Below, piece by piece: positions 56,639-64,000 of a DNA stretch of 64,000 nt. Each line of letters begins with the position of its first letter. Position 1 is the stretch's first letter. Source of the stretch: Acidimicrobiales bacterium (GTDB lineage: Bacteria; Actinomycetota; Acidimicrobiia; Acidimicrobiales; Bog-793); contig DASPQJ010000030.1 in NCBI GenBank assembly GCA_035625025.1, positions 2,993-66,992 of the forward strand. Direction: 5' to 3'. The position numbers and the translations under genes are program-made. The notes below the pieces were generated by a model. That model did no database searches. It worked only from the letters and a program-made list of their open reading frames with translations, and had not been told where the DNA came from.

Positions 56639-57056
56639 GGAGCGGCCGTCGTCAACCGGCGCGCGCCGGCGCGCCCGCGAGCGGGCGCTCGACCTGCTCT
56701 ACGAAGCCGAGGCCAAGGGCCTTTCCCCGGACGCCGTCCTCGACGGGCTCCCGGTCGTGCCCGAGGCGTACGCCGCGGCGCTCGTCCGCGGGGTCGGGGC
56801 CCATCTCGACGCCATCGACGCCGTCATCGCCTCCCACGCCACGGCGTGGGAGGTGAGCCGCCTGCCGGCGATCGACCGCCAACTGCTGCGGATCGCGACC
56901 TTCGAGCTCATCTTCGGCGGCGAGGTCCCGCTGGCGGTGGCGATCGACGAGGCCGTCGAGCTCGCCCAGGATTTCTCGACCGCGGAATCCGGCCGGTACG
57001 TGAACGGCGTGCTCGCCGCGATCGCCGCCGAGCTTCCGCCGACCGCGGCGTCGTGA
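56616..57056 (+). CDS. nusB: Transcription antitermination factor NusB
   Basis: RERALDLLYEAEAKG, the IDRQLLRIATFELIF motif and AVELAQDFSTAESGRYVNGVL are present. The only in-frame start candidate near the domain is GTG at 56616, which overlaps efp by 23 nt. Confidence 0.85.
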   Translation: MSTSRGRRERPSSTGARRRARERALDLLYEAEAKGLSPDAVLDGLPVVPEAYAAALVRGVGAHLDAIDAVIASHATAWEVSRLPAIDRQLLRIATFELIFGGEVPLAVAIDEAVELAQDFSTAESGRYVNGVLAAIAAELPPTAAS

Positions 57057-58153
57057 GCAGGCGCGACCCTTACGCCGCGGCCGGCGTCGACTACGGCACC
57101 CTCGACGCCGCCAAGCGCCTGGCGGTCACGGCCGCCCGCTCGACGTCGTCGTACGCCGCCCCCCGCGGCGCGACGATCGAGGAGCGAAGCCGCGGCGAGC
57201 CGGCGACGGTCGTCCGATCAAACGGCGCGACCTACGGGTTCGTCCTCGAGTGCCTCGGCACGAAGTCGCTCGTGGCGCGCGATTTCGAGGCGGCGACGGG
57301 GATCGACCGGTTCGAGGCGATCGGCTACGACACCGTCGCCGCGGCGGTGAACGACTGTTGTTGCGTCGGCGCCCTGCCACTCGTCGTCAACGCCTACTTC
57401 GCGACCGGCGCGGCGTCTTGGTACTCGGGGACTCGGCATGCCTCGCTCGTCGACGGTTTCGCCCGAGCCTGCCGCGACGCCGGCGCCGCCTGGGGCGGCG
57501 GCGAGTCCCCGACGCTGGCGGGACTCGTCGCGCCGGACGGGATCGACCTCGCGGCGGCCGTCGTCGGTCGGGTGCCGAGGGGGGTCGAACCGATGCTCGG
57601 CGCGGCGCTCCGTGCCGGCGACGAGATCGTGCTCGTCGCGTCGAGCGGTCTCCACCAGAACGGGGCCTCGCTCGTGCGTGCCGTGGCGGCCCGGCTCGAT
57701 CTCGGGCTCGCGACACCACTGCCGTCTGGTCGACTGTTCGGTGACGCGGCGCTCGACGCGGGCCTGATCTACGTCGGTTTCGTCGCCCGCTTGCTCGCCG
57801 AGGGCGTGGCGGTGCACTACCTCAGCCACGTCACTGGACACGGGCTGCGCAAGCTGATGCGAGCCGACCGGGATTTCACCTACCGGATCGAGAGGCTTCT
57901 TTCGGTTCCGGAGGTGCTCGGGTTCGTCGCCGAGCGGGCGGGATTGTCGAGCGCCGAGGCCTACGCGACTCTCAACATGGGCGCCGGGTTGGCCTGCTTC
58001 GTCGCGCCGGGATCGGGCGCCCGCGTCGTTGCGCTCGCCGGCGAGTTCGGCCTCGCCGCCCTCGTCGCCGGACAGGTGGAGTCGGGTCCGCGCCGGGTCG
58101 TCGTCGGCCCGATCGGCGTCGAGTACGCGAGCGGCGAGCTCGAACTGCGTTGA
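57053..58153 (+). CDS. AIR synthase-related (PurM-like fold) protein of unknown function
   Basis: AAGVDYGTLDAAK.., GYDTVAAAVNDCCCVGALPL, GGGESPTL and SSGLHQNGASL resemble the PurM/ThiL/SelD/HypE superfamily but not PurM itself. The GTG overlaps the nusB stop (GTGA at 57053-57056). Confidence 0.7.
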   Translation: MSRRDPYAAAGVDYGTLDAAKRLAVTAARSTSSYAAPRGATIEERSRGEPATVVRSNGATYGFVLECLGTKSLVARDFEAATGIDRFEAIGYDTVAAAVNDCCCVGALPLVVNAYFATGAASWYSGTRHASLVDGFARACRDAGAAWGGGESPTLAGLVAPDGIDLAAAVVGRVPRGVEPMLGAALRAGDEIVLVASSGLHQNGASLVRAVAARLDLGLATPLPSGRLFGDAALDAGLIYVGFVARLLAEGVAVHYLSHVTGHGLRKLMRADRDFTYRIERLLSVPEVLGFVAERAGLSSAEAYATLNMGAGLACFVAPGSGARVVALAGEFGLAALVAGQVESGPRRVVVGPIGVEYASGELELR

Positions 58154-58187
58154 GCAATCGTCGGCCGATCCCGCGCCGGCCCGCCGG

Positions 58188-59018
58188 TCACGGTTTGCGG
58201 GCCCGGATGAAGGCACTCATCGCGGCACCGTCGAGCTCGGCGATCGTCGCCGCGACATCGAATCCGTCGGGGAGCGATTCTGCAGCAGACATCTCCTCGG
58301 CCAGGCTGCTCAGACGGCTGCGGTCGTAGACGTCGGTCGGCTCAATGTCGATCTCGCGAAAGCCGGCGACCTCGAGCTCCCCGCGGTAGTCGGCCTGGGA
58401 CAATGCGCCGGCGATGCAACCGGTCCAGAGCCCGACCACCCGCTGCAATGGCGGGGCGAGCGTCCGGCGCAGGACGACGTCCGAAATAGCCAGGCGGCCG
58501 CCCGGGCGGAGGACGCGGAACGCCTCGCGGAACACGGCGGGCTTGTCAGCGGACAGGTTGACGACGCAGTTGGAGATGATCACGTCGACCGACTCGTCAA
58601 GTAGGGGAACGGCCTCGATCGTGCCCTCTAGGAACTCGGCGTTTTCGACGCCCGCCTCGGTTTGGTTCCGCCGCGCCAGGGTCAGCATCTCCGGCGTCAT
58701 ATCGAGGCCGTAGGCCTTGCCGGTCGGGGCGACTCGGCGCGCGGACAAGAGCACGTCTATCCCGCCGCCGGATCCGAGATCGAGGACGACCTCGCCGGGA
58801 TGGAGATCCGCGAGCAAGGTCGGGTTGCCGCAACCGAGTGACGCGGCGAGGGTCCCTTCGGGCAGCAACTTCGCGTCCTCGTCGCTATAGAGAGTGGGGC
58901 CAAAGACACTTTCCGGCGCGCTCGTCCGTCCGCAACACGATGTCTCCGTCTCCTGAGCCGCGTTGGCGTAACGCACGCGCACCGCGTCCCTGATCTTGTC
59001 CGCTTCCGGGTTTGTCAT
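58188..59018 (-). CDS. arsM: Arsenite S-adenosylmethionine methyltransferase
   Basis: The N-terminus is [14 protein letters not shown]. Also present are GCGNP, motif [26 protein letters not shown], and a conserved downstream Cys (WTGCIAGAL). The ATG is at 59018. Confidence 0.8.
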   Translation of the reverse strand: MTNPEADKIRDAVRVRYANAAQETETSCCGRTSAPESVFGPTLYSDEDAKLLPEGTLAASLGCGNPTLLADLHPGEVVLDLGSGGGIDVLLSARRVAPTGKAYGLDMTPEMLTLARRNQTEAGVENAEFLEGTIEAVPLLDESVDVIISNCVVNLSADKPAVFREAFRVLRPGGRLAISDVVLRRTLAPPLQRVVGLWTGCIAGALSQADYRGELEVAGFREIDIEPTDVYDRSRLSSLAEEMSAAESLPDGFDVAATIAELDGAAMSAFIRARKP

Positions 59019-59081
59019 TTCAGCTTCCCTGGGTCCGCGAACCGGCCCGGTCGTGTGGCCAACGGCCGCGAGCCCCACGCC

Positions 59082-59486
59082 TCAAGGCAGGAGTTCTGCG
59101 ACGAGGGCTCGCACGCGGGCGTCGATCTCGTCGCGGATCGGGCGGACCTCGTTGAGTTGGCGCCCCGCGGGGTCGTCGAGCTCCCAATCCAGATAGCGCT
59201 TGCCTGGAAAGACGGGGCAGGTGTCCCCGCAACCCATCGTGATGACGACGTCGGCGTCTTCGGCAAGCTCGTTCGTCAGCAGTTTCGGTCTTTTGGAGGC
59301 GATGTCGATACCGATCTCGCGCATCGCCTCGACGACAGCCGGATTCAACCGGTCCGCCGGTTCGGAACCAGCCGAGCGAATCGTCATCCGGCCTCGGGCG
59401 TGTCGGGCGAGCAGCGCGGCGGCCATCTGCGATCGGCCGGCGTTGTGGACGCAGACGAACAGGACTTCCGGCTTCTCCTGGCTCAC
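59082..59486 (-). CDS. arsC: Arsenate reductase, thioredoxin-coupled LMW-PTPase type
   Basis: VLFVCVHNAGRSQMA is the CX5R P-loop, and ITMGCGDTCP carries the Cys pair. The GTG overlaps the aquaporin stop (GTGA at 59483-59486). Confidence 0.9.
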   Translation of the reverse strand: MSQEKPEVLFVCVHNAGRSQMAAALLARHARGRMTIRSAGSEPADRLNPAVVEAMREIGIDIASKRPKLLTNELAEDADVVITMGCGDTCPVFPGKRYLDWELDDPAGRQLNEVRPIRDEIDARVRALVAELLP

Positions 59487-60271
59487 GCGGCCTCCTCTTG
59501 GGCGACGACGACATGGCGAGCGCTGCGGCGGATCTGCGGGTAGAGCACGGCGACGCAGCTCGCCCCGAAGGCGCCACCGATCAGTTCGAAACCCATGAAC
59601 GGGACGACCGAGCCCGGCGCGATGCCGGCGAAGCTGTTCGAGCACATCCGGCCGAGGGCGACCGCGGGGTTGGCGAAGCTCGTCGAGGACGTGAACCAGT
59701 ACGCGGCGGCGATGTAGGCGCCGACGGCGAAAGGTGCGAGGTGAGAACGGCCGGAGCCAGCAAGGCCGAACACGATGAGGACGAGGCCGAACGTCGCGAT
59801 CACCTCCGCGAGGAGATGTGGCCCGCTCGCGCGATGACGGGTCGACAGGGAAATGACGGCGTCTCCGAACATCGTGTTGGCTGCGATTGCTCCGGTGACG
59901 CCGCCGGCGAACTGCGCCACGACGTAGGTGAGGGCGTCCTTGGTGGACGTGGTGCCGAAGAAGCGATCGACGAGGGTGATCACCGGATTGAGATGAGCTC
60001 CGGACACCGGACCGACCGCGAAGATGATCGCGGCGAGCGCGCCGGCCGTCGCCAGGGTGTTCTCGAGGAGTTCGATCCCGACGTCGTCTGGCGATAGACG
60101 TGCGGCGGCGATGCCCGAGCCGATGATTGCGGCGACGAGAAAGGCTGTTCCGACGAACTCCGCGAGAGCCTTGCGGCTCCGGATGCCCTGTCCAGCCGGA
60201 GGCGCTCCTCCGGCGCGCCCCGTCCCGCCGACTCGATTCGGCCAGCCCGACTCGGGCTGCCGTCGCCCCAT
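59483..60271 (-). CDS. MIP-family aquaglyceroporin (AqpS-like, probable arsenite channel)
   Basis: EFVGTAFLV, SGAHLNPVITL (first NPx box, NPV) and FANPAVALGR (second NPA box) are present. The ATG at 60271 is preferred over 60301, because the longer version would run through the promoter palindrome. Confidence 0.85.
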   Translation of the reverse strand: MGRRQPESGWPNRVGGTGRAGGAPPAGQGIRSRKALAEFVGTAFLVAAIIGSGIAAARLSPDDVGIELLENTLATAGALAAIIFAVGPVSGAHLNPVITLVDRFFGTTSTKDALTYVVAQFAGGVTGAIAANTMFGDAVISLSTRHRASGPHLLAEVIATFGLVLIVFGLAGSGRSHLAPFAVGAYIAAAYWFTSSTSFANPAVALGRMCSNSFAGIAPGSVVPFMGFELIGGAFGASCVAVLYPQIRRSARHVVVAQEEAA

Positions 60272-60287
60272 CTTGTCCTCCGCCAGA

Positions 60288-60301
60288 TTGACAAATGTCA
60301 A
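60288..60301. promoter_or_regulatory. Palindrome TTGACA-AA-TGTCAA in the arsR / aqp divergent promoter region (candidate ArsR operator and/or -35 boxes)
   Basis: Read directly from the sequence. It sits in the ~80-nt AT-richer gap between the aquaporin ATG (60271) and the arsR ATG (60352). A related TGTCTGTCAAT follows at about 60338. Confidence 0.4.
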
Positions 60302-60351
60302 TATGAGAGTATGACGGTCGAATCGATGTCTGTCAATGCCAAAATGGTCTC

Positions 60352-60723
60352 ATGACCCAGGTCGCAGCCAAAAAGTCGCCTTCGGCCCGTCGTGAGCTCT
60401 GTTGCGCGCCGCTTTCGGCAGGTCCGTTGAGCGAGACCGAATCCGCCCAGCTTGCGGCGGTGATCGGCGCGATCGCGGACCCGGTGCGGTTGCGCCTCCT
60501 CTCGATCATCGCGACCTCAGGAGAGGTGTGCAGTTGCAACCTCGAAGAACCGTTGGGGAAGAGCCAGCCGACGATCTCGCATCACACACGCGTGCTCGCC
60601 GAAGCAGGGCTGATTGAGGGACGAAAGCGCGGCAAGTGGACGTGGTGGAGGATCATTCCCGAGCAGCTCGCGATGGTGTGCCACTTCCTCGGTGGTTCTC
60701 AGCCAGAGCGCGTCCCCGGTTAG
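60352..60723 (+). CDS. arsR: ArsR/SmtB family metalloregulator
   Basis: IADPVRLRLLSII is followed by the CxC motif GEVCSCNLEEPLG, and the HTH is QPTISHHTRVLAEAGLI. There is an additional vicinal Cys pair, ELCCAPL, near the N-terminus. Confidence 0.9.
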   Translation: MTQVAAKKSPSARRELCCAPLSAGPLSETESAQLAAVIGAIADPVRLRLLSIIATSGEVCSCNLEEPLGKSQPTISHHTRVLAEAGLIEGRKRGKWTWWRIIPEQLAMVCHFLGGSQPERVPG

Positions 60724-61019
60724 TCGCGACCTCGTAGCAGCGAGATTCGGAACGGGTGGAGTTCACCCCGGGCGAAGCCGTCCCTGATGGCGGGATCTTC
60801 CTCCATGATTCTGCGGGCCGAGATCTCATCGGGTGCTTCGAAGATCGCGACGCCGGTGTTGACCCGGCCCAAGGTGGGACCGACCAGGATGAGGGTTCCG
60901 TCGGCGAGGAGGCTCTGGAAGCGTCGGAAATGAGCCTCCCAGACCGTCTTTTCCTCGGCGGTCATCGTCTCGGCGAAGTCGTCGCGAGGAGGATGGATGA
61001 AGTAGATCCACTCCGGCAC
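60720..61019 (-). CDS. YciI family protein
   Basis: About 99 aa. The pattern WIYFIHPPRDDF..EAHFRRFQSLLADGTLILVGPT..GVAIFEAPDEISARRIMEEDPAIRDG.. fits YciI. GTG at 61019 was chosen as the start. The rest of the 487-aa track ORF is shadow over pyrR and pyrC. Confidence 0.7.
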   Translation of the reverse strand: MPEWIYFIHPPRDDFAETMTAEEKTVWEAHFRRFQSLLADGTLILVGPTLGRVNTGVAIFEAPDEISARRIMEEDPAIRDGFARGELHPFRISLLRGRD

Positions 61020-61253
61020 ACCCCGAGTCTCGCAGGTGACAGGCCGACGAGGGCATGCGAGCCGGGCCTTTGCCGAGCCTTGGCGTGGCGAGGGTGCCAC
61101 CCGAGCGCCCCGGCACCGTCGGAGACGCGCGCCTCGCGCCTCCCCGGCGCCCGGCAGTTGCTCCGGCTGGGCCCGTAATCGTTTCGCGCCCCGCTTCGAA
61201 AAGTGGCATCCTGGAGCGGACGTGAAGCGGGTCCCGTGAGGCCCGCACGGACG

Positions 61254-61835
61254 ATGAGGAGCGCAGTGGCCGAGCGAGAACGGCGGGCGGCACGCCGGAA
61301 AGGGCGTGTCTTCGTCCCTCGCTCGCACGTGATGGACGCGAACGACGTCCGCCGCGCCCTCGTGCGGATCGCCCACGAGATTCTCGAACGCAACCACGGC
61401 GCGAACGAGATCGTCGTCGTCGGGTTGCAGACAGGAGGGGTTCCTCTCGCCGCGCGTCTCGTGGCCGAGATCGCCGAGATTGACGGCTCGACGGTGCCGC
61501 TCGGCATCGTCGACGTCGCGGCCTACCGCGACGACACCGGCATCCGTCCGGTCCTGTCCAAAGAGGCGACCGACATCCCGGTCGACCTCACCGGTCGCAT
61601 CGTCGTGCTCGTCGACGATGTCTTGTTCACGGGAAGGACGGTCCGCGCCGCGCTTGACGCCCTCGGGAACCACGGTCGGGCGCGCGCCGTGCAACTGGCG
61701 GTGATGGTGGACCGGGGTCATCGGGAGTTGCCGATCCGTCCGGACTTCGTCGGCAAGAACCTGCCGACGCGCCGGAGCGAGACGGTCGAGGTGAGCAGCG
61801 ACGGGGTCGCGATCGGCGACCTCGTGGAGGTTTAG
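61254..61835 (+). CDS. pyrR: Bifunctional pyrimidine operon regulator / uracil phosphoribosyltransferase PyrR
   Basis: DVRRALVRIAHEILERN, GLQTGGVPLA and the PRPP loop VVLVDDVLFTGRTVRAALDAL are present. The start is uncertain: ATG at 61254 was chosen, and ATG at 61332 is an alternative. Confidence 0.85.
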   Translation: MRSAVAERERRAARRKGRVFVPRSHVMDANDVRRALVRIAHEILERNHGANEIVVVGLQTGGVPLAARLVAEIAEIDGSTVPLGIVDVAAYRDDTGIRPVLSKEATDIPVDLTGRIVVLVDDVLFTGRTVRAALDALGNHGRARAVQLAVMVDRGHRELPIRPDFVGKNLPTRRSETVEVSSDGVAIGDLVEV

Positions 61836-61964
61836 GGACCGTGGACGGCTGCCAGTTGCCCGCTGCTGGGCCCCGTCACGGCGCGATTCATGACCTGGCC
61901 GGTTCGTCCTGCCCCCTCGTCGATCGCAAGATCGGTCGGAAACCCAGGCGACGAGGGCGGCGAA

Positions 61965-63311
61965 GTGTCTGAGAACAACGGGACCCGACCTGGTGGTGGC
62001 CGACGTGTCGTCGTGCGCGGCGGGACCGTCGTCGACTCGACCGGCGAGCGTCGCGGCGACGTCTTCGTCGAGGACGGCCGGGTTGTCGCCGTCGGAGAGG
62101 GGATCGATGTTCCCCTGGGAACGATCGTCCTCGAGGCTTCGGGCTGCGTCGTCGCGCCCGGGCTCGTCGACATCCACACGCATCTGCGCGAGCCGGGCGG
62201 CGAGGCCGCAGAGACGGTCGCGACCGGGTCACGCTCGGCGGCGCTCGGCGGCTACACGGCCGTTGTTGCCATGCCGAACACCGAGCCGGCGATCGACTCG
62301 GCCGCGGTCGTGCAATACGTGCTCGAGCTCGCCCGCGGCGCGTGCGCCGACGTCGCCGTCGCCGGGGCGATCACCGTCGGGCGTGCCGGTGACCGGGTCG
62401 CGCCGCTCGCCGAGATGGCCGCGCTCGGCGTGAGGCTCTTCACCGACGACGGCCGTGGAGTCCAGAACGCCGACGTGTTACGGCAAGCGCTCGAACAAGC
62501 GCGCGACCTCGGGATCATCCTCGCCGAGCACTGCCAGGACGAAGTTCTCGCCTCCGGTGGCCATATGCACGAAGGGGCCTGGTCGCGCCGGCTGGGGATT
62601 CCCGCCCAGCCCGCCGCGGCCGAGGAGGCGATGCTCGCCCGGGACCTCACGCTCGTGCGCGAGACGCGAGCGCCGATGCACTTCCTCCACCTGTCAACCG
62701 CCGGTTCGGTCGAGCTCGTCCGGGCGGCAAAGGCGGAAGGATTGCCGGTGACTGCGGAGGTGACGCCCCATCATCTCGTCCTCACCGACGCCGTCGCCGC
62801 CTCGCGGGACCCGCTTTTCAAGGTCGCCCCGCCCCTGCGCAGCGCGGCCGACGGGGTGGCGCTGCGGGCAGCTTGTCGCGAAGGTGTCGTCGACGCCATC
62901 GCCACCGACCACGCGCCGCACACCCGGGAGGCGAAGGAGGCGCCGTTCGAGGAGGCGCCACCCGGGATGATCGGGCTGGAGACGGCCCTCGCCGTCGCCT
63001 TTGACGCCTTCGTGGCGCGTCCCGAAGACGCCGAGCCGTTGTCTTTGGCCGCGCTCATCGCCCTGATGTCGTGGCGACCCGCGGCGCTCGTCGGGCTCGA
63101 CCGTTCCCTCGGCCATGGGGGACCGCTCGCCCCGGGCGCCCGGGCGCACCTCTGCGTGTTCGACCCGACCCAGACCTGGACCGTCGATCGGCGGGCGACG
63201 GCGAGCCGGTCGCACAACTCGCCGTTCGACGGGATGACGCTGACGGGGCGGGTCCGCCACACCGTGCTGGCGGGCGAGCCGATCGTCGTGGACGGGACGA
63301 CCACGCGGTGA
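61965..63311 (+). CDS. pyrC: Dihydroorotase
   Basis: APGLVDIHTHLREPG is the HxH metal site. MPNTEPAID, FTDDG, HLSTAGS and ATDHAPH are also present. The GTG at 61965 is preceded by GAGGGCGG. Confidence 0.9.
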   Translation: MSENNGTRPGGGRRVVVRGGTVVDSTGERRGDVFVEDGRVVAVGEGIDVPLGTIVLEASGCVVAPGLVDIHTHLREPGGEAAETVATGSRSAALGGYTAVVAMPNTEPAIDSAAVVQYVLELARGACADVAVAGAITVGRAGDRVAPLAEMAALGVRLFTDDGRGVQNADVLRQALEQARDLGIILAEHCQDEVLASGGHMHEGAWSRRLGIPAQPAAAEEAMLARDLTLVRETRAPMHFLHLSTAGSVELVRAAKAEGLPVTAEVTPHHLVLTDAVAASRDPLFKVAPPLRSAADGVALRAACREGVVDAIATDHAPHTREAKEAPFEEAPPGMIGLETALAVAFDAFVARPEDAEPLSLAALIALMSWRPAALVGLDRSLGHGGPLAPGARAHLCVFDPTQTWTVDRRATASRSHNSPFDGMTLTGRVRHTVLAGEPIVVDGTTTR

Positions 63312-64000
63312 CCAGCGGGCCCGGTCCGGAAGGCCCGCGACCGCCGGGGCTGCTCGTCCTCGCCGACGGGACGACGTTCGAGGGCGAGGCGATCGGTTTC
63401 GCGGCGAGAAGCTCGCCCACGGTTCAGGCCGGCGAGCTCGTCTTCAACACGGCGATGTCGGGCTACCAGGAGATCATCACCGACCCGTCCTACGCGGGAC
63501 AGGTGATCGCCTTCACCTACCCGCACATCGGCAACTACGGCGTCACGGCGGCCGACAACCAATCCAGCCGCCCGTCTTGCCGCGGGGTCGTCGTGCGGGA
63601 CCTGCCGGACCGGCCGAGCAGCTGGCGCGCCACCGGCGACCTCGAGTCTTTCCTTGTCGGGCACGGCATCGGCGGGCTGACGGGGGTCGACACGAGACGC
63701 CTCACGCGTCATGTGCGGGAGGCGGGGGCAATGCCATGCGCCTTCGGCACGGCCGATCAGGCGACGCTGCTCGCGACGGCAGCGACTGAACCGGGCACCG
63801 AGGGCCAGGACCTCGTCGCCGAGGTGACGACGGCGACCCCCTACGAGGTCGCGGGCGGGCCGTGGCGCGTCGTCGCCTACGACTTCGGGATCAAGCGGTC
63901 GATTCTCGACGCGCTGGCCACGATCGCGACCGTCGAGGTCGTTCCGGCGACGACGCCACCCGACGAGGTCCTCGGGCGTCGACCCGACGGAGTCTTCCTC
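63308..64000 (+). CDS. carA: Carbamoyl-phosphate synthase small (glutaminase) subunit, 3' partial
   Basis: The frame is open to the window edge and so is not in the ORF track. It contains LVLADGTTFEGEAIG, FNTAMSGYQEIITDPSYAGQVIAFTYPHIGNYGV and TRRLTRHVREAG. The GTG overlaps the pyrC stop (GTGA at 63308-63311). Confidence 0.85.
   Translation, partial: MTSGPGPEGPRPPGLLVLADGTTFEGEAIGFAARSSPTVQAGELVFNTAMSGYQEIITDPSYAGQVIAFTYPHIGNYGVTAADNQSSRPSCRGVVVRDLPDRPSSWRATGDLESFLVGHGIGGLTGVDTRRLTRHVREAGAMPCAFGTADQATLLATAATEPGTEGQDLVAEVTTATPYEVAGGPWRVVAYDFGIKRSILDALATIATVEVVPATTPPDEVLGRRPDGVFL

Overview
This is a 64-kb stretch of a very GC-rich (about 70% by eye), densely coding chromosome. Gene content and synteny look like Actinomycetota. 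I call about 64 CDS, 2 probable pseudogene regions and 1 tRNA. No rRNA, CRISPR array, transposase or integrase was seen.

Start codons were picked by hand from the ORF track, using the in-frame ATG/GTG/TTG position, an upstream GGAGG-like motif and third-codon-position GC. Many long ORFs in the track are antisense or N-terminally over-extended GC shadows and were trimmed or dropped.

Core blocks:
- Stress and redox genes: usp, dps, yceI, bcp, msrB.
- gabD and a PatB-like lyase, plus a DEAD-box helicase.
- The proteasome activator Bpa followed by dnaE.
- A classical menaquinone cluster (menE, menB, menA, menH, menD) and tyrS.
- RNase D.
- A gap-free string aroC, aroK-aroB fusion, aroQ, M24 peptidase, efp, nusB.
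- pyrR, pyrC, carA.

Items worth a second look:
1. An overlap-coupled operon of an amino-acid-ligase-like ATP-grasp enzyme, a radical SAM enzyme with a C-terminal CCAEP motif, and a Cys-rich protein. Its product is unknown.
2. A NirJ/AhbD-like radical SAM/SPASM gene with a trailing Cys-containing orphan ORF. It sits beside an FrhB-family (F420-type) protein and diverges from the conserved actinobacterial trio of phosphomutase, DUF3090 and PI3/4-kinase-like SCO1664.
3. A secreted protein made of about eight 54-aa two-cysteine tandem repeats. Its 3' end carries an out-of-frame InlB B-repeat domain, and the gene lies next to tRNA-Arg(CCT).
4. A GNAT gene that needs four same-direction frame changes to read through.
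5. An ars islet (arsM, arsC, aquaglyceroporin, arsR) inserted between the nusB block and pyrR.

All family assignments come from motif recognition by eye. None has been confirmed by a database search.
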